64,000 nt of DNA, from assembly GCA_965208675.1 (NCBI GenBank), contig OZ242351.1:2272001-2336000 (forward strand), given 5' to 3'. Positions 40,557-51,242 of this stretch are shown one piece after another. Position 1 is the stretch's first letter. Each line of letters opens with the position of its first letter. The translations under genes were made by a program, and so were the position numbers. This DNA is from Candidatus Poribacteria bacterium (GTDB lineage Bacteria; Poribacteria; WGA-4E; PCPOR2b). The notes below the pieces were generated by a model. It did no database searches, was not told where the DNA came from, and was given only the letters and a program-made list of their open reading frames with translations.

Positions 40557-41123
40557 TCAGCCCCTATCGTACAAGTTTCGACGAAATACGCCGCTGTCTC
40601 GTTTACATGCATCGTCTGCCAACCCGTTTCTTTCAAACATCTCAATCCACTTTTCTCCTCTAGGAGTCAACTCATAATAGGTGTGATTCCGGTGCTTCAT
40701 CCATTTTCCTTTGACGATATTCTTGCGGTATTGAATAATTCGTTTTTCGACGCGTTTCAAACCGCCAATCGCCTTTAACTTCCGATGCTGTTTGTAAGTT
40801 TCTTCAAGTGCGATTCCGAGTGCTTCGGAGACAGCGATTGAGTAGTCAATCCCAAACTTTTGATGATGCTTGAGGATAAGGAAATCTATCTCATCTAGCG
40901 TGTTAAACGTCTCATCAGCTTCATCTTGTTCCAAAGTCGATGCTGCAGTCTGAATTTCCTGCCATGTCACAGTGAGGAGCCGTTCTTGCCGAAGGTGTTT
41001 TAACGATGTACAACCGGAACGGTGGACAGCGATGGCACCGCCTTCCTTGAAGTATCCGATAACGCGGCTTCCAACTTGCGGCGAGCAACACTTGGCGAGC
41101 GTGTAGGTAAGATCTTCAGTCAT
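40557..41123 (-). CDS. RelA/SpoT-type Zn-finger module fused to a DUF2250-like winged HTH
   Basis: LAKCCSP..G..VIGY....IAVHRSGC, then GIDYS and KHRNHTYYELT..G. Confidence 0.7.
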   Translation of the reverse strand: MTEDLTYTLAKCCSPQVGSRVIGYFKEGGAIAVHRSGCTSLKHLRQERLLTVTWQEIQTAASTLEQDEADETFNTLDEIDFLILKHHQKFGIDYSIAVSEALGIALEETYKQHRKLKAIGGLKRVEKRIIQYRKNIVKGKWMKHRNHTYYELTPRGEKWIEMFERNGLADDACKRDSGVFRRNLYDRG

Positions 41124-41159
41124 TCATTTTACCATTTTAGTCAGATATGCATTCACGTC

Positions 41160-42440
41160 TCACGAATCTCTGCCCAACACCCGATGTCCAATGTCCTTTC
41201 GAAAATGGGCGGCGTCAAAGTGGATTTCTGCGACTCCGCGATATGCGCGGCTGATTGCTTCTCGGACGTTGCTCGCCAGCGCCGTGACGCCTAACACTCG
41301 CCCGCCGTTGGTGACGATGCGTCCACTATCCGACTTTGTACCAGCGTGAAAGACGGTTACCCCTTCCAGTGAGTTTGCAGCGTCTAGTCCGGTGATTGCT
41401 TTACCACTCTCGTAAGCCTCTGGATAACCGCCGGATGCCATAACTACACTTACCGCCGCTCCGGGTTTCCATTCGACTGAAATCTCATCCAATCCTCCGT
41501 CCACGCACGCGGTAAGCAGCGGAACCAAATCGCTTTCCATTCTCGGCAGCAGCACCTGCGCTTCTGGATCGCCTAAACGACAGTTGAACTCCAATACTTT
41601 CACTTCCGCCCCGTCAATCATTAAGCCGACATACAACACACCTTTGAATGGACGCCCCCCATCACGCATCGCCTTGATAGTGGGATAAACAACCGCGTTC
41701 ATGACTTTCGTGTGTATTTCAGGGGTGATGGCAGGCGCCGGGGAGTAGGCGCCCATGCCGCCGGTATTCTTTCCTCGGTCTCCATCCAGCGCCGGCTTGT
41801 GATCTTGAGAGCTGACTAATGGGACGCAATGCACACCGTCGGTCAACACAGTAAAGGAAGCCTCCTCGCCAACCAGCAACTCTTCGATGACGACCTTATT
41901 CCCCGCGCTGCCGAACGCACGATTGACCATAATCTGCTCAACTGCACTGATGGCTTCATCCTGCGTTTGACCGCTAATGGCGCCCTTGCCTGCGGCGAGG
42001 CCATCCGCCTTGACAAAGACCGGTGTGTTTAACCCTTTGAGATATGCAATCGCCGCGTCCGGACTGTCGAATGTGCGGTGTGCCGCCGTCGGGATGTTGT
42101 TGTCAATCATTAACTGCTTGGCAAAGTCTTTGCTGGCTTCAAGGATTGCCGCTTTCCGATTGGGTCCGAACGCTCGAAGTCCGCGTTCAAAAAAGACATC
42201 GACTAAACCTTTCGCCAGCGGCAACTCGGGCCCCACAATAGTCAGATCAATCTTTTCCGTTTCGGCGAAGTCCGCGAGTTCAGTGAAGTTGTTTTCCAAG
42301 CGAATCGACCGGCAGTCGGCGATTTGCGCGATGCCGGGGTTTCCGGGCACGCAATATACCCTTTCAACAACCGCGCTCTGCGCAATCTTCCATGCGATGA
42401 CGTGCTCTCTTCCGCCGCTGCCAATAACCAATACTCTCAT
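41160..42440 (-). CDS. purD: Phosphoribosylamine-glycine ligase
   Basis: IGSGGREH, KADGLAAGKG, QDHK, NTGGMGAYSP, EFNCRLGDPE, GGRVL. Confidence 0.98.
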   Translation of the reverse strand: MRVLVIGSGGREHVIAWKIAQSAVVERVYCVPGNPGIAQIADCRSIRLENNFTELADFAETEKIDLTIVGPELPLAKGLVDVFFERGLRAFGPNRKAAILEASKDFAKQLMIDNNIPTAAHRTFDSPDAAIAYLKGLNTPVFVKADGLAAGKGAISGQTQDEAISAVEQIMVNRAFGSAGNKVVIEELLVGEEASFTVLTDGVHCVPLVSSQDHKPALDGDRGKNTGGMGAYSPAPAITPEIHTKVMNAVVYPTIKAMRDGGRPFKGVLYVGLMIDGAEVKVLEFNCRLGDPEAQVLLPRMESDLVPLLTACVDGGLDEISVEWKPGAAVSVVMASGGYPEAYESGKAITGLDAANSLEGVTVFHAGTKSDSGRIVTNGGRVLGVTALASNVREAISRAYRGVAEIHFDAAHFRKDIGHRVLGRDS

Positions 42441-42509
42441 TGCTCACCTTCAAATTTTCTCAGGTTCTTTTCCTCACGCCAATAAACGCCAAATTTTCAA
42501 AGTTGTCGG

Positions 42510-43604
42510 TTAGATTGCCTCATGTGCGAAGAGTGCATCAACAAAATCGCGCGGAACAAAGTCGCGTAAATCGTCCAATTTTTCCCCGATTCCTATCAAT
42601 TTGACGGGCGCACCGATTTCCTCCTTCACGGCAATGACAATGCCGCCCTTTGCGGTACCGTCCAGCTTTGTCACGGCAACGCCTGTAACAGGCACGGTTT
42701 CGTTAAAGGTTTTCGCCTGCATAATTGCATTTTGGCCGGCTGTCCCGTCAATGACCAACAGGACTTCATGCGGGGCGTCCGGCAGCCCGCGCGACATGAC
42801 TCTCCCGATCTTGGATAGCTGATCCATCAAGGGCTTCTTCGTATGAAGCCGTCCCGCGGTATCGACGAGAAGTACATCGACCTGCCGAGCCTTCGCAGCT
42901 TGGACGGCATCAAAGACTACCGATGCAGGGTCTGAACCGTGGCTGCCTCTAATCAGTTCGCTGCCGGTGCGATTGCACCAAATTGCCAATTGATCTTCGG
43001 CAGCGGCGCGAAACGTGTCTCCTGCGGCGACGAGCACACGCTTTTCCTCGGATATGAATCGATGCGCGAGTTTACCGATTGTCGTCGTTTTGCCAGAACC
43101 GTTAACGCCCAAAATCAGAATGGTATACGGCTGCCGACCTTCGACATCAATGCCCGCTTCCGATTCTCCGAGTACATTGAGTATTTCCCCTTTGAGAATC
43201 TCTTCCAATTCAGACGGAGTTTTTAACCCCTTTGCATTGACTGCCTCCCGGACATTATTCATCAACTTTGCCGTCGTATTGACGCCGACATCGGCTTGAA
43301 TCAAGATTGCCTCGATTTCATCCAGTAAATCTTCATCAATACGGTTGCCGCTGCGCAGAAGGCTGCCAATTTGACCGAGAAGTTGACTCCGTGTTTTTGA
43401 CAGTCCCGCCTTAAGGCGGCCGAACCAGTTGCGTTCCGCATCGACCGATGAATCAGTCTGCCGTGATGATTGCGTGCCGGGCTTCTCTGGGGGTATCTCT
43501 ACCGTGTCAGGAGAATTTGCCGAATTCACGGATTCCTCCGGCACCGTCTGTGTCTGTTCTTGTGCTTCGTTTTTCTTTTTTCGTTTGAATGGGTTTTTTA
43601 ACAT
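42510..43604 (-). CDS. ftsY: SRP receptor
   Basis: GVNGSGKTTT.GKLA, DTFRAAA, DTAGR, TKLDGTAKGG, G.GEK. Confidence 0.97.
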   Translation of the reverse strand: MLKNPFKRKKKNEAQEQTQTVPEESVNSANSPDTVEIPPEKPGTQSSRQTDSSVDAERNWFGRLKAGLSKTRSQLLGQIGSLLRSGNRIDEDLLDEIEAILIQADVGVNTTAKLMNNVREAVNAKGLKTPSELEEILKGEILNVLGESEAGIDVEGRQPYTILILGVNGSGKTTTIGKLAHRFISEEKRVLVAAGDTFRAAAEDQLAIWCNRTGSELIRGSHGSDPASVVFDAVQAAKARQVDVLLVDTAGRLHTKKPLMDQLSKIGRVMSRGLPDAPHEVLLVIDGTAGQNAIMQAKTFNETVPVTGVAVTKLDGTAKGGIVIAVKEEIGAPVKLIGIGEKLDDLRDFVPRDFVDALFAHEAI

Positions 43605-43670
43605 TGACGCCTTTCGAAATGCGCAGAATCAAATGGGATGTATTCCTCGTTAAGGACGATTGATAATCCC

Positions 43671-44075
43671 CTATTCTATTGTGACCTTGGCTTTTCGCTC
43701 CGGTCTTTCATGTAGATGTCCATGTCCGGGCAGCGCAATTCCCACTCGCACGGATGGTTTGTCGCCTTTGGGGAAAATGTGGTGGAAACACCGCGCCGGG
43801 ACATAGACAAAATCCCCCGCGGATGCCTTTACCGGCCTATCTTCGCGCCCCTCTATGACCCATTCAATCTCGCCCTCAAGCACGACCCACCACTCGTCGT
43901 AATCGTGGCAATGACGGTCGTTTATATGTCCCGGATTCTGGTAAATCACCACGCCTACCACGTGTTCTGCGAGCACCACTGGGTGGGACCAAGGCGGAGG
44001 GCCCATCATCTTCTTAATCTCTTCAAGACTGATGTTATTTAGCGTATCGCTAAGAATCGGCGTTTTCAACGGCAT
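43671..44075 (-). CDS. Cupin domain protein
   Basis: HCHDYDEWWVVLEG, GDFVYVPA..FH. Confidence 0.85.
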   Translation of the reverse strand: MPLKTPILSDTLNNISLEEIKKMMGPPPWSHPVVLAEHVVGVVIYQNPGHINDRHCHDYDEWWVVLEGEIEWVIEGREDRPVKASAGDFVYVPARCFHHIFPKGDKPSVRVGIALPGHGHLHERPERKAKVTIE

Positions 44076-44127
44076 GGATTTCTACTTTGCAGATTTTAAA
44101 CATCGGCAAATTCAACCTTAAAGTAAA

Positions 44128-44161
44128 GAAGGCTGAAGGGTAGGACAAACCTTCAGCCTTC
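44128..44161 (-). terminator. Intrinsic terminator after the cyclophilin pair
   Basis: 12-bp stem gaaggctgaagg/ccttcagccttc, followed on the minus strand by tttacttt. Confidence 0.7.
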
Positions 44162-44213
44162 ATGAGCTTATCGCTTCATTCCCGACATAACTTCGTGTCG
44201 GGAGCGGCGAATT

Positions 44214-44807
44214 TTAGCCTTTTTCGCGGATACTAATCGTCGTGATTTTGTCGCCCGGCTCAATTTTATCTAGCACATCAAGGCCATTGACGACTTTACC
44301 GAATACTGCGTAATCACCAACAGGTTCAAGTGCGGTGAGACAGATGTAGAATTCGGAGGCGTGTGATTCTGCAACTCCATCGCCCGCCATCGCAATTATC
44401 CCTCTAACATGACCCCGATCGTTTTTCTCCAATGGAATCGTGTCAGCTACCAGAGGAGAACCCGCTTGGATGGTTTCGCCGGGATTGTCAGTGTGAAACG
44501 ACCTACCGTTGTAATATCCCAATCGGGCGTTCTTGACGAAGTTTTGTACCGTCTGAGTCGCGTCGTTGGAATAGAATTCAACTTCCATCATTCCCTTGGC
44601 TGTCTCAATCACAGCGATAGCATTGTGAATGTCAATCTGCGGCGCTTTTTTCTGCGCTGGCTGCGCACTTATTGCCGGACGCGCTTTCGGTGCGGGCGGC
44701 TCTTTTTTTTCCTCTGGGCAGCTTGCGAGAAACATGACGCACAGCGTTACGAGAAACGCCGGAGCAAAACGGCTGGTGCACATTCGGTTGCTACTGAGGC
44801 TTAACAT
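44214..44807 (-). CDS. Divergent cyclophilin-like lipoprotein
   Basis: IETAKG, TVQNF, GYYNG..FH, H.RGIIAMA, YAVFGKVVNG.DV; FLASC lipobox-like. Confidence 0.8.
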   Translation of the reverse strand: MLSLSSNRMCTSRFAPAFLVTLCVMFLASCPEEKKEPPAPKARPAISAQPAQKKAPQIDIHNAIAVIETAKGMMEVEFYSNDATQTVQNFVKNARLGYYNGRSFHTDNPGETIQAGSPLVADTIPLEKNDRGHVRGIIAMAGDGVAESHASEFYICLTALEPVGDYAVFGKVVNGLDVLDKIEPGDKITTISIREKG

Positions 44808-45363
44808 ACTTTGACTTCACCTCCAATCGAACGGTTTTCATGCTGTCGCCAATCTCCAACAGATCGACGACATCCATGCCTTGGATTACTCGACCAAACG
44901 TTGTATATCGCCTGTCAAGATGAGGCTGCGGTTTCAGACAGATGTAAAATTGACTCCCTGCTGAATTTGGGGCGTTGGTACGCGCCATGGCGACGGTGCC
45001 TCTGAGATGAGGGCGTTGGTTCGGTAGGGTATACTCGTCAATGATGGTGTAGCCGGGGCCGCCGGTACCATCGCCACTCGGATCACCCCCCTGTACAATG
45101 TTTAAACTCTCGTTGTTTACTATGCGGTGAAATGTTAGCCCGTTGTAGAACCGTTTCTTAACCAGTTTCTTGAAGTTGCCAACGGCGACGGGCGCAGTAT
45201 TCTGATACAACTCAATGACAATCTTCCCTTTCGTCGTTCTCATCGTAACGACCTGCTCCTCTGAAGTCTCACTTTCGCCCATAATCATGGCGCAACTCGT
45301 CCACACGGATAGGGCGATCAAAAGAACGAGAACTTTAGCGGATAATAGAAGATTTCTTGGCAT
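44791..45363 (-). CDS. Cyclophilin-type peptidyl-prolyl isomerase (exported)
   Basis: FYNGLTFHR, QGGDP.GDGTGGPGY, GTVAMAR, SAGSQFYI, PHLD..YTTFG. Confidence 0.93.
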   Translation of the reverse strand: MPRNLLLSAKVLVLLIALSVWTSCAMIMGESETSEEQVVTMRTTKGKIVIELYQNTAPVAVGNFKKLVKKRFYNGLTFHRIVNNESLNIVQGGDPSGDGTGGPGYTIIDEYTLPNQRPHLRGTVAMARTNAPNSAGSQFYICLKPQPHLDRRYTTFGRVIQGMDVVDLLEIGDSMKTVRLEVKSKYVKPQ

Positions 45364-45493
45364 CAAGCCGCCTTTCACGGTTGAGAAGCGATACCGGTTT
45401 CGAAAGATGATTACTTCAATCACGCATTAGCATAGCAAAAGTCCGAATAAAAGTCAAGAATTTCGTGGCAAATTCCTCACGCGTCCTTTCCGC

Positions 45494-45522
45494 TTGATCT
45501 TTACCCGCGCTTAATGTATAAT
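45494..45522 (+). promoter_or_regulatory. Putative sigma70 promoter of leuCD
   Basis: TTGATC-17 nt-TATAAT. Confidence 0.65.
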
Positions 45523-45585
45523 CTCGCACGCTAAAAATACGAATGGGAACTTGACGATTGAAACACCAGGCACTAGGAGAAGCAG

Positions 45586-46989
45586 ATGAAGCCGAGAACG
45601 ATGTTTGAAAAGATTTGGGACGCCCACATCGTGCGTGAGGTACCGGGAGAAGCGACAATTCTTTATATTGACACGCATCTCGTCCACGAAGTGACCTCCC
45701 CCCAAGCGTTTGAAGGTTTGAGGCTCGCCGGAAGAAAGGTGCGGTGTCCGCATCTCACGTTTGCGACGATGGATCATAACGTACCCACAACGGACAGATC
45801 CCTCCCAATCACGGATTTGATTGCCGCCAAACAGATAGAGACGTTAGCGCAAAATTGCAGCGAATTCGGGATTACCTTATACGACCTGCATAGTACGAAA
45901 CAGGGTATCGTGCATGTAATTGGCCCTGAACTTGGGATTACACAGCCGGGAAAGACGATGGTTTGCGGCGACAGCCACACCTCGACGCACGGCGCGTTGG
46001 GGGCGCTCGCTATCGGCATTGGCACCAGTGAAATTGAGCACGTCCTCGCGACACAATGCCTTCTGCAGCAACGATCGAAGACCTTTGAAATCAATATCGA
46101 AGGGCAGCTTTCCCGCGGCGTGACAGCGAAGGATATCATTCTCTCAATAATTGGGAGAATCGGAATTGGAGGCGGCACGGGAACCGTGATTGAATATTCA
46201 GGTTCGACCATTCGTTCGTTGGGCATTGAGGAGCGGATGACGGTTTGTAATATGTCCATCGAAGCCGGTGCACGAGCCGGCATGGTCGCGCCCGATGATA
46301 CGACCTATGAATACTTGGCGGACCGCGAATTTTCACCGAAAGGAGAAGCCTTTAATCGCGCTGTCGAGCGGTGGAACAGACTGCGGACCGATGAGGGTGC
46401 GAGTTATGACAAATCCATCAGCATTGATGCAAAAACACTTGCACCCCAGGTCACGTGGGGGACCAACCCCGGTATGGTAACCGATGTGACCGGCGTTGTC
46501 CCCGATCCGGACCATATGCCGACACTCGATGAGAAAAATGCCGTCCAACGTGCGCTTGAGTACATCAATCTGACGCCCGGAACACAAATGACAGATGTTC
46601 AGGTAGACAAGGTGTTCATCGGCAGCTGTACTAATTCGCGAATCACAGATCTTCGCGCGGCGGCTGAAACGGCTAAGGGACGAAAGGTTGCCCCGACGGT
46701 AAATGCGCTTGTCGTTCCGGGATCGCAAGCGGTCAAACGGCAAGCGGAAGCGGAAGGCTTGGACGGTATCTTCCGCGCCGCCGGTTTTGAATGGCGCGAG
46801 GCGGGCTGCAGCATGTGTCTCGGCATGAATCCAGACATCCTGATGCCGGGGCAGCGATGTGCGAGCACATCGAACCGAAATTTTGAGGGCAGGCAAGGAA
46901 AAGGCGGGCGGACGCACCTCGTCAGTCCGCAGATGGCTGCGGCGGCTGCAATCGCCGGGCATTTCGTCGATGTTCGGACGTGGGAATAA
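45586..46989 (+). CDS. leuC: 3-isopropylmalate dehydratase large subunit
   Basis: [54 protein letters not shown]. Confidence 0.98.
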   Translation: MKPRTMFEKIWDAHIVREVPGEATILYIDTHLVHEVTSPQAFEGLRLAGRKVRCPHLTFATMDHNVPTTDRSLPITDLIAAKQIETLAQNCSEFGITLYDLHSTKQGIVHVIGPELGITQPGKTMVCGDSHTSTHGALGALAIGIGTSEIEHVLATQCLLQQRSKTFEINIEGQLSRGVTAKDIILSIIGRIGIGGGTGTVIEYSGSTIRSLGIEERMTVCNMSIEAGARAGMVAPDDTTYEYLADREFSPKGEAFNRAVERWNRLRTDEGASYDKSISIDAKTLAPQVTWGTNPGMVTDVTGVVPDPDHMPTLDEKNAVQRALEYINLTPGTQMTDVQVDKVFIGSCTNSRITDLRAAAETAKGRKVAPTVNALVVPGSQAVKRQAEAEGLDGIFRAAGFEWREAGCSMCLGMNPDILMPGQRCASTSNRNFEGRQGKGGRTHLVSPQMAAAAAIAGHFVDVRTWE

Positions 46990-46993
46990 CACC

Positions 46994-47119
46994 TATAGCC
47001 ATTTAAATTCATAATTTATACACATTCAGATACCCCCCTGATAAGGGGGGCTAGGGGGGTTGACCCCTCTTTTTGATCGGATTGAAGGTAATGTGTAATT
47101 TTTAGTTGCAGTGGCTATA
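46994..47119. mobile_element. 126-bp MITE-like element with TA ends carrying a C-run/G-run palindrome
   Basis: tatagcca...tggctata outer IR; tacacatt...aatgtgta inner IR; core cccccctgataagggggg-ctagggggg; lies in the leuC-leuD spacer. Confidence 0.7.
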
Positions 47120-47168
47120 ACCGCAATTTGCAAGGTTTATCATCGGCGAGCCAATAGGAGACAGGAGT

Positions 47169-47762
47169 ATGGAACCCTTTCGAAAACACACGGGACTGTG
47201 CGTCCCGCTGAATCGAATCAACGTCGATACTGACCAAATCATCCCAAAGCAGTTTCTGAAGCGTATCGAACGTACCGGTTTTGGGGCGTATCTTTTTCAC
47301 GACTGGCGTTTTCTTGACACGGGCGAACTCAATCCGGATTTCGTTCTGAACGCACCTCGTTATCAGGGGGCAAGTATCCTAGTCGCAGGCACGAACTTTG
47401 GCTGCGGCAGCTCTCGTGAACATGCGCCGTGGGCTTTGCAAGATTACGGTTTCGCGGCGGCAATCGCGCCCTCCTTTGGCGATATATTTCGGAACAACTG
47501 CTACAAAAACGGCATCCTACCGGTCGTTTTGTCGGAGAATATTGCCGCGGATCTCATGCGGCAGATCGAGGCGACAGAGGGTTACAAGCTGACAATCAAT
47601 CTCGAAAATCAGAACGTGATTCAACCGGACGGCACCGCGCACCCGTTTGAGATTGGAGATTTTCAAAAGCAGTGCCTGCTGAACGGTTTGGACGAAATCG
47701 GTTGGACGCTGCAGTTTGAATCGTCAATTGCCGAATACGAGAGTGGAAGGGAAATCTATTAA
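47169..47762 (+). CDS. leuD: 3-isopropylmalate dehydratase small subunit
   Basis: [36 protein letters not shown]. Confidence 0.98.
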   Translation: MEPFRKHTGLCVPLNRINVDTDQIIPKQFLKRIERTGFGAYLFHDWRFLDTGELNPDFVLNAPRYQGASILVAGTNFGCGSSREHAPWALQDYGFAAAIAPSFGDIFRNNCYKNGILPVVLSENIAADLMRQIEATEGYKLTINLENQNVIQPDGTAHPFEIGDFQKQCLLNGLDEIGWTLQFESSIAEYESGREIY

Positions 47763-48070
47763 GGGAATCTTCACTTGTCCCGCTTTCTACTAGGTTCATC
47801 GGCATCTTAATTGAAATCTTCCCGAAAAGTCAAACTACGTTTAGATACTCTCGTTCTGAATGGTTCTGGGAATCTGAGGATTCGTGCAAATCGCTACCAT
47901 CATCACATCAAATCGGAATGGTGTCCTCTGATTTGCCCAATTCCCATAGCTAGGCACCTCGTAATCTCTATTAAATTAGGCTTCTATAGAGGAACTAAGG
48001 TGCCAATCGCTTAATCGCTATAGCATGCCAATCGTGTAGCCACTCTCCACTATTTCAAAAGGAGTCTATA

Positions 48071-49078
48071 ATGAAATCTCTTGTGATTCTCGCCGTTTGT
48101 GTTTTTCTCTATAGTTGCAGCATCGTGATGCCTGCACACGCCCAAACTGCTCAACAAATTGCCCAAAACGCCTTCAATTCTACTGTACTCTTGGTCGTGG
48201 AGGATTCCAACAGTCAGCCTATCGGGTTAGGAAGCGGATTTTTTGTGAAGCCTCAGCAGATTGCAACCAATCTTCACGTCGTCGAAGGTGCTACCAGCGG
48301 ATACGCAAAATTAGTTGGTCAGAAAACAAAATACGAGATTAGGGGCATTTCTGCAATTGATGAAGAACGGGATCTGGTAATCCTAAATGTCAAAGCTTTT
48401 GGTCCTCGCCCGCTTATTTTGGGTGACAGCGACACCGCACTGGTAGGAGAAACAGTTTATGCTGTAGGCAACCCGCACGGTTTGGAAGGTACGTTTTCGC
48501 AGGGCATCATCAGCAGCATTCGAACGGTCGGAACCGACAAGCTAATTCAGCTTACCGCTCCGATTTCTCCAGGGAGCAGCGGCGGCCCCGTCCTAAATGA
48601 TAGGGGAAACGTGATAGGTGTTTCAGTTGCAACGTTCCGCAAGGGTCAAAACCTCAATTTCGCTATTCCTTCTAACTATCTGACGAAATTGATCTCGAAA
48701 GTGGGAGTTGCGAAACCATTATCGCAGAAATCAACACCCAAATCCAGACGCTCCCTCCTTGCCAATTACGGCGGTCGAAGTGTCGAAGGAGTAACCGGCG
48801 GTATGATACAGTGGCACTACATCGGCTTACGTTCCGAATACTACGGCTACAGCTTTTCCTTACGGAACCGACTTCGCGAAGATGTAAGAAATGTTCGCTG
48901 TTTTGCAATCTTCCTTGATGACCAAGGCAATCCAATTGATACTCGGGATGTGGAGTTTGCTGGAATAATTCCTGCTGGGTTAGCGAAACGAGTAACGGGG
49001 AAAACGGTTCATGAAAGTGTCAAGAACCTGACAAAACAAGTAGAGTTTAGGGTCGTAGACTTCGACATAGTGCAGTAA
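48071..49078 (+). CDS. Exported trypsin-like (S1C-type) serine protease without a PDZ domain
   Basis: GSGFF, ATNLHVV, DLVIL, GNP.G, ISPGSSGGP, NFAIP. Confidence 0.88.
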   Translation: MKSLVILAVCVFLYSCSIVMPAHAQTAQQIAQNAFNSTVLLVVEDSNSQPIGLGSGFFVKPQQIATNLHVVEGATSGYAKLVGQKTKYEIRGISAIDEERDLVILNVKAFGPRPLILGDSDTALVGETVYAVGNPHGLEGTFSQGIISSIRTVGTDKLIQLTAPISPGSSGGPVLNDRGNVIGVSVATFRKGQNLNFAIPSNYLTKLISKVGVAKPLSQKSTPKSRRSLLANYGGRSVEGVTGGMIQWHYIGLRSEYYGYSFSLRNRLREDVRNVRCFAIFLDDQGNPIDTRDVEFAGIIPAGLAKRVTGKTVHESVKNLTKQVEFRVVDFDIVQ

Positions 49079-49236
49079 TACAGTGGGGAGGGAATAATGG
49101 TCCCAATCTTACTTATTTACCATCAGTTTAGTCTTGATCTTGCGGACGCTTTAGCCATGAGTGTGTTTCTTCTAGATTTTAAGCGGAGGTGATACAATTT
49201 ACGGATTTTGTCGTGAGAATGGTGAGTAGCAACATT

Positions 49237-49647
49237 TTAAACATTGGGCGTGGCATTAATGTTCTGAATAGCCAAGTTTCGGTAATTAGCGGCCTCGTAA
49301 TTGTTGGGATTGATTTGCAAAACGACATCAAAATCTCGTATGGCTTCGTGGTATAAATTTAGTTGGAGTTTTGAATAGCCACGTGAAAGATAGATTTGCT
49401 CTTTAATTCGAACTTCTTCATTACCGGATTCTATACACCTATCAAAGTCCTCAATAGCATTACGATACAACTCTAGCTCCAATCTTACTGCACCCCTTGC
49501 GTTGTAATAATCACTAGAGCTAGTATCGTCTTTTGTTGCTGTCAGAATCCATAGATGGAGGATGCTGTCTTCTATATCCTTGTTTATAATTCGGTCAAAG
49601 AGTCGGCGGGTGTTTTCATCTAAGTCTACAATTTGTTCATATGTCAT
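49237..49647 (-). CDS. Small TPR protein
   Basis: YYNARG..AIEDFD, YLSRG..EAIRDFD.VLQINPN; GAGGAG RBS. Confidence 0.75.
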   Translation of the reverse strand: MTYEQIVDLDENTRRLFDRIINKDIEDSILHLWILTATKDDTSSSDYYNARGAVRLELELYRNAIEDFDRCIESGNEEVRIKEQIYLSRGYSKLQLNLYHEAIRDFDVVLQINPNNYEAANYRNLAIQNINATPNV

Positions 49648-49682
49648 TATAGATGCTCCTCTTCTTAGTTGAAATATTTAGC

Positions 49683-49928
49683 GTCGGATTGGATTCGAGC
49701 CAAACGAAGTGGGTATTTGATAAGTTGTTTGTCTGCAGATTCGCAATCATGCAACCGTATTAATGTATGAAAAGGGCAATCGCGCTAGTTGTGCTTTAGT
49801 GAATCCCAACTTTTTTCTGTTTGTGCTAGTGATGGCGTCGAATGTTACGTGTTTGGCTTTTGAAATTATCTAATCGTTCCACGGGATTTAGAAACGTGGG
49901 GTGTCGCCATTGGTTCAATCCAACCTAC
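49683..49928. repeat. Degenerate copy (F) of the expanded-loop REP-like element
   Basis: gtcggattggattcgagc ... gtgaatcccaac ... ttcaatccaacctac. Confidence 0.5.
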
Positions 49929-50270
49929 AATCAACTCAATGAAAGAACCGACAAGGTTTCCCCACCGTGGGAGAGGCGCCCTCGCCTCGATAGTCGGGAG
50001 AGTAATCTCCCTTCGACCGTGTAGTTCCGTGTGACTTTGCCGACTTTTAAGAAACTATGAGTAATGAGAGGCTTGTATTGAAGGGGGCCGGCTCATTCAC
50101 CCGCAATCAATCCGACATCTTCTTGACTAATACAGTATTTTACAGAAATCGGTTTCCCCTCATTCCTTTCACACGCACCTGACAGGAAATACTGTGAGTT
50201 CACTGATTATCGTGGATTGGTGTGATTGTTTCAAACACAGGAAATCAGCCAGATTGTTAAACGCTGAGGA

Positions 50271-51161
50271 TTATTCAGTTTCATTTTGCATCCCATCTTC
50301 AAGAATCGCTATCGCCTTAAACACGGTGCGAATATAGTCGCGAAATGCCTTCAAATAACTTTCTTGTTCGTTGTCATCTTGCCAGTCTTGCGGAAAGCTC
50401 TCGGGGTCAGGGTGACCAGCATCATTCCGATTTCGACGTTATATCTGGGCTATTCCCTCCAATTTATCCTTCAGCCTACGCCGAAACTTCGAATCTGCAT
50501 TTGACGCGAAAATCACGTCAATGTTCTCTGACAAATGGCGCGTTAACGCTGAAATATTTCGCTGCTTATCAATATCCCCCCACCGTCTATCACCATGGTT
50601 AATGATGGCGTCTGCTAGACACTTTATCGCTCTCTCAGACGCCACCCCTAGGACTATTACCGATGAAATGTAGAAACCGTGTTGGCAAGTTTGTAGGCTT
50701 TCCAAATAGCAACGCTGAACAACAGGGTCGAGGTTTGGTATTTCCGTTATGACCTTGTTGACAAATTCTTGTGCGCCATCAATAGAAATCTGTGTTTCAT
50801 CCTCAAGGGTTGCCGTTTCGCCATCGGAAGTAAGTTGGACGCGCGGCCATTCGTTTGGACTTCTCGGCATTCCATCCATCAACAATCCTCGATGCCTAAG
50901 TAGTGCTATGGCTTCGGAAAATTTCCGATTAAAACTTGGGTCTTTTACTTCATGCTGCGGTTTGTTTTCTGGGCAGATTTGGTACTGTAGATGGGCCAAA
51001 GACCATGACTCTACATCGTCATCGCTGAATTGATGGCGAGAGCTGCCGGCTCGCGCCCTTTCTACGAAAAACTTTAGATAACGGAGGATGTGCCTCGCAA
51101 GTTCAGGAACGCTAATCTTCTCTCTCCGTTCTGGATCCAAAAAAGGTTCTTCGCTTGGCAT
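50271..51161 (-). pseudogene. DUF4145/HEPN-like protein interrupted by one in-frame TAA (50439-50441)
   Basis: YLESL..G.Y.SSVIVLGVASE.A; after the stop the frame continues RRNRNDAGHP...MQNETE* for 55 codons. Confidence 0.75.
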
Positions 51162-51242
51162 TCTAAACGTTCCTTTATTGAAAAAGTGTCGTGATACTCA
51201 ACGATGATGTTTAGCCTCTGTTTACTTCTCAATGACGTTACT

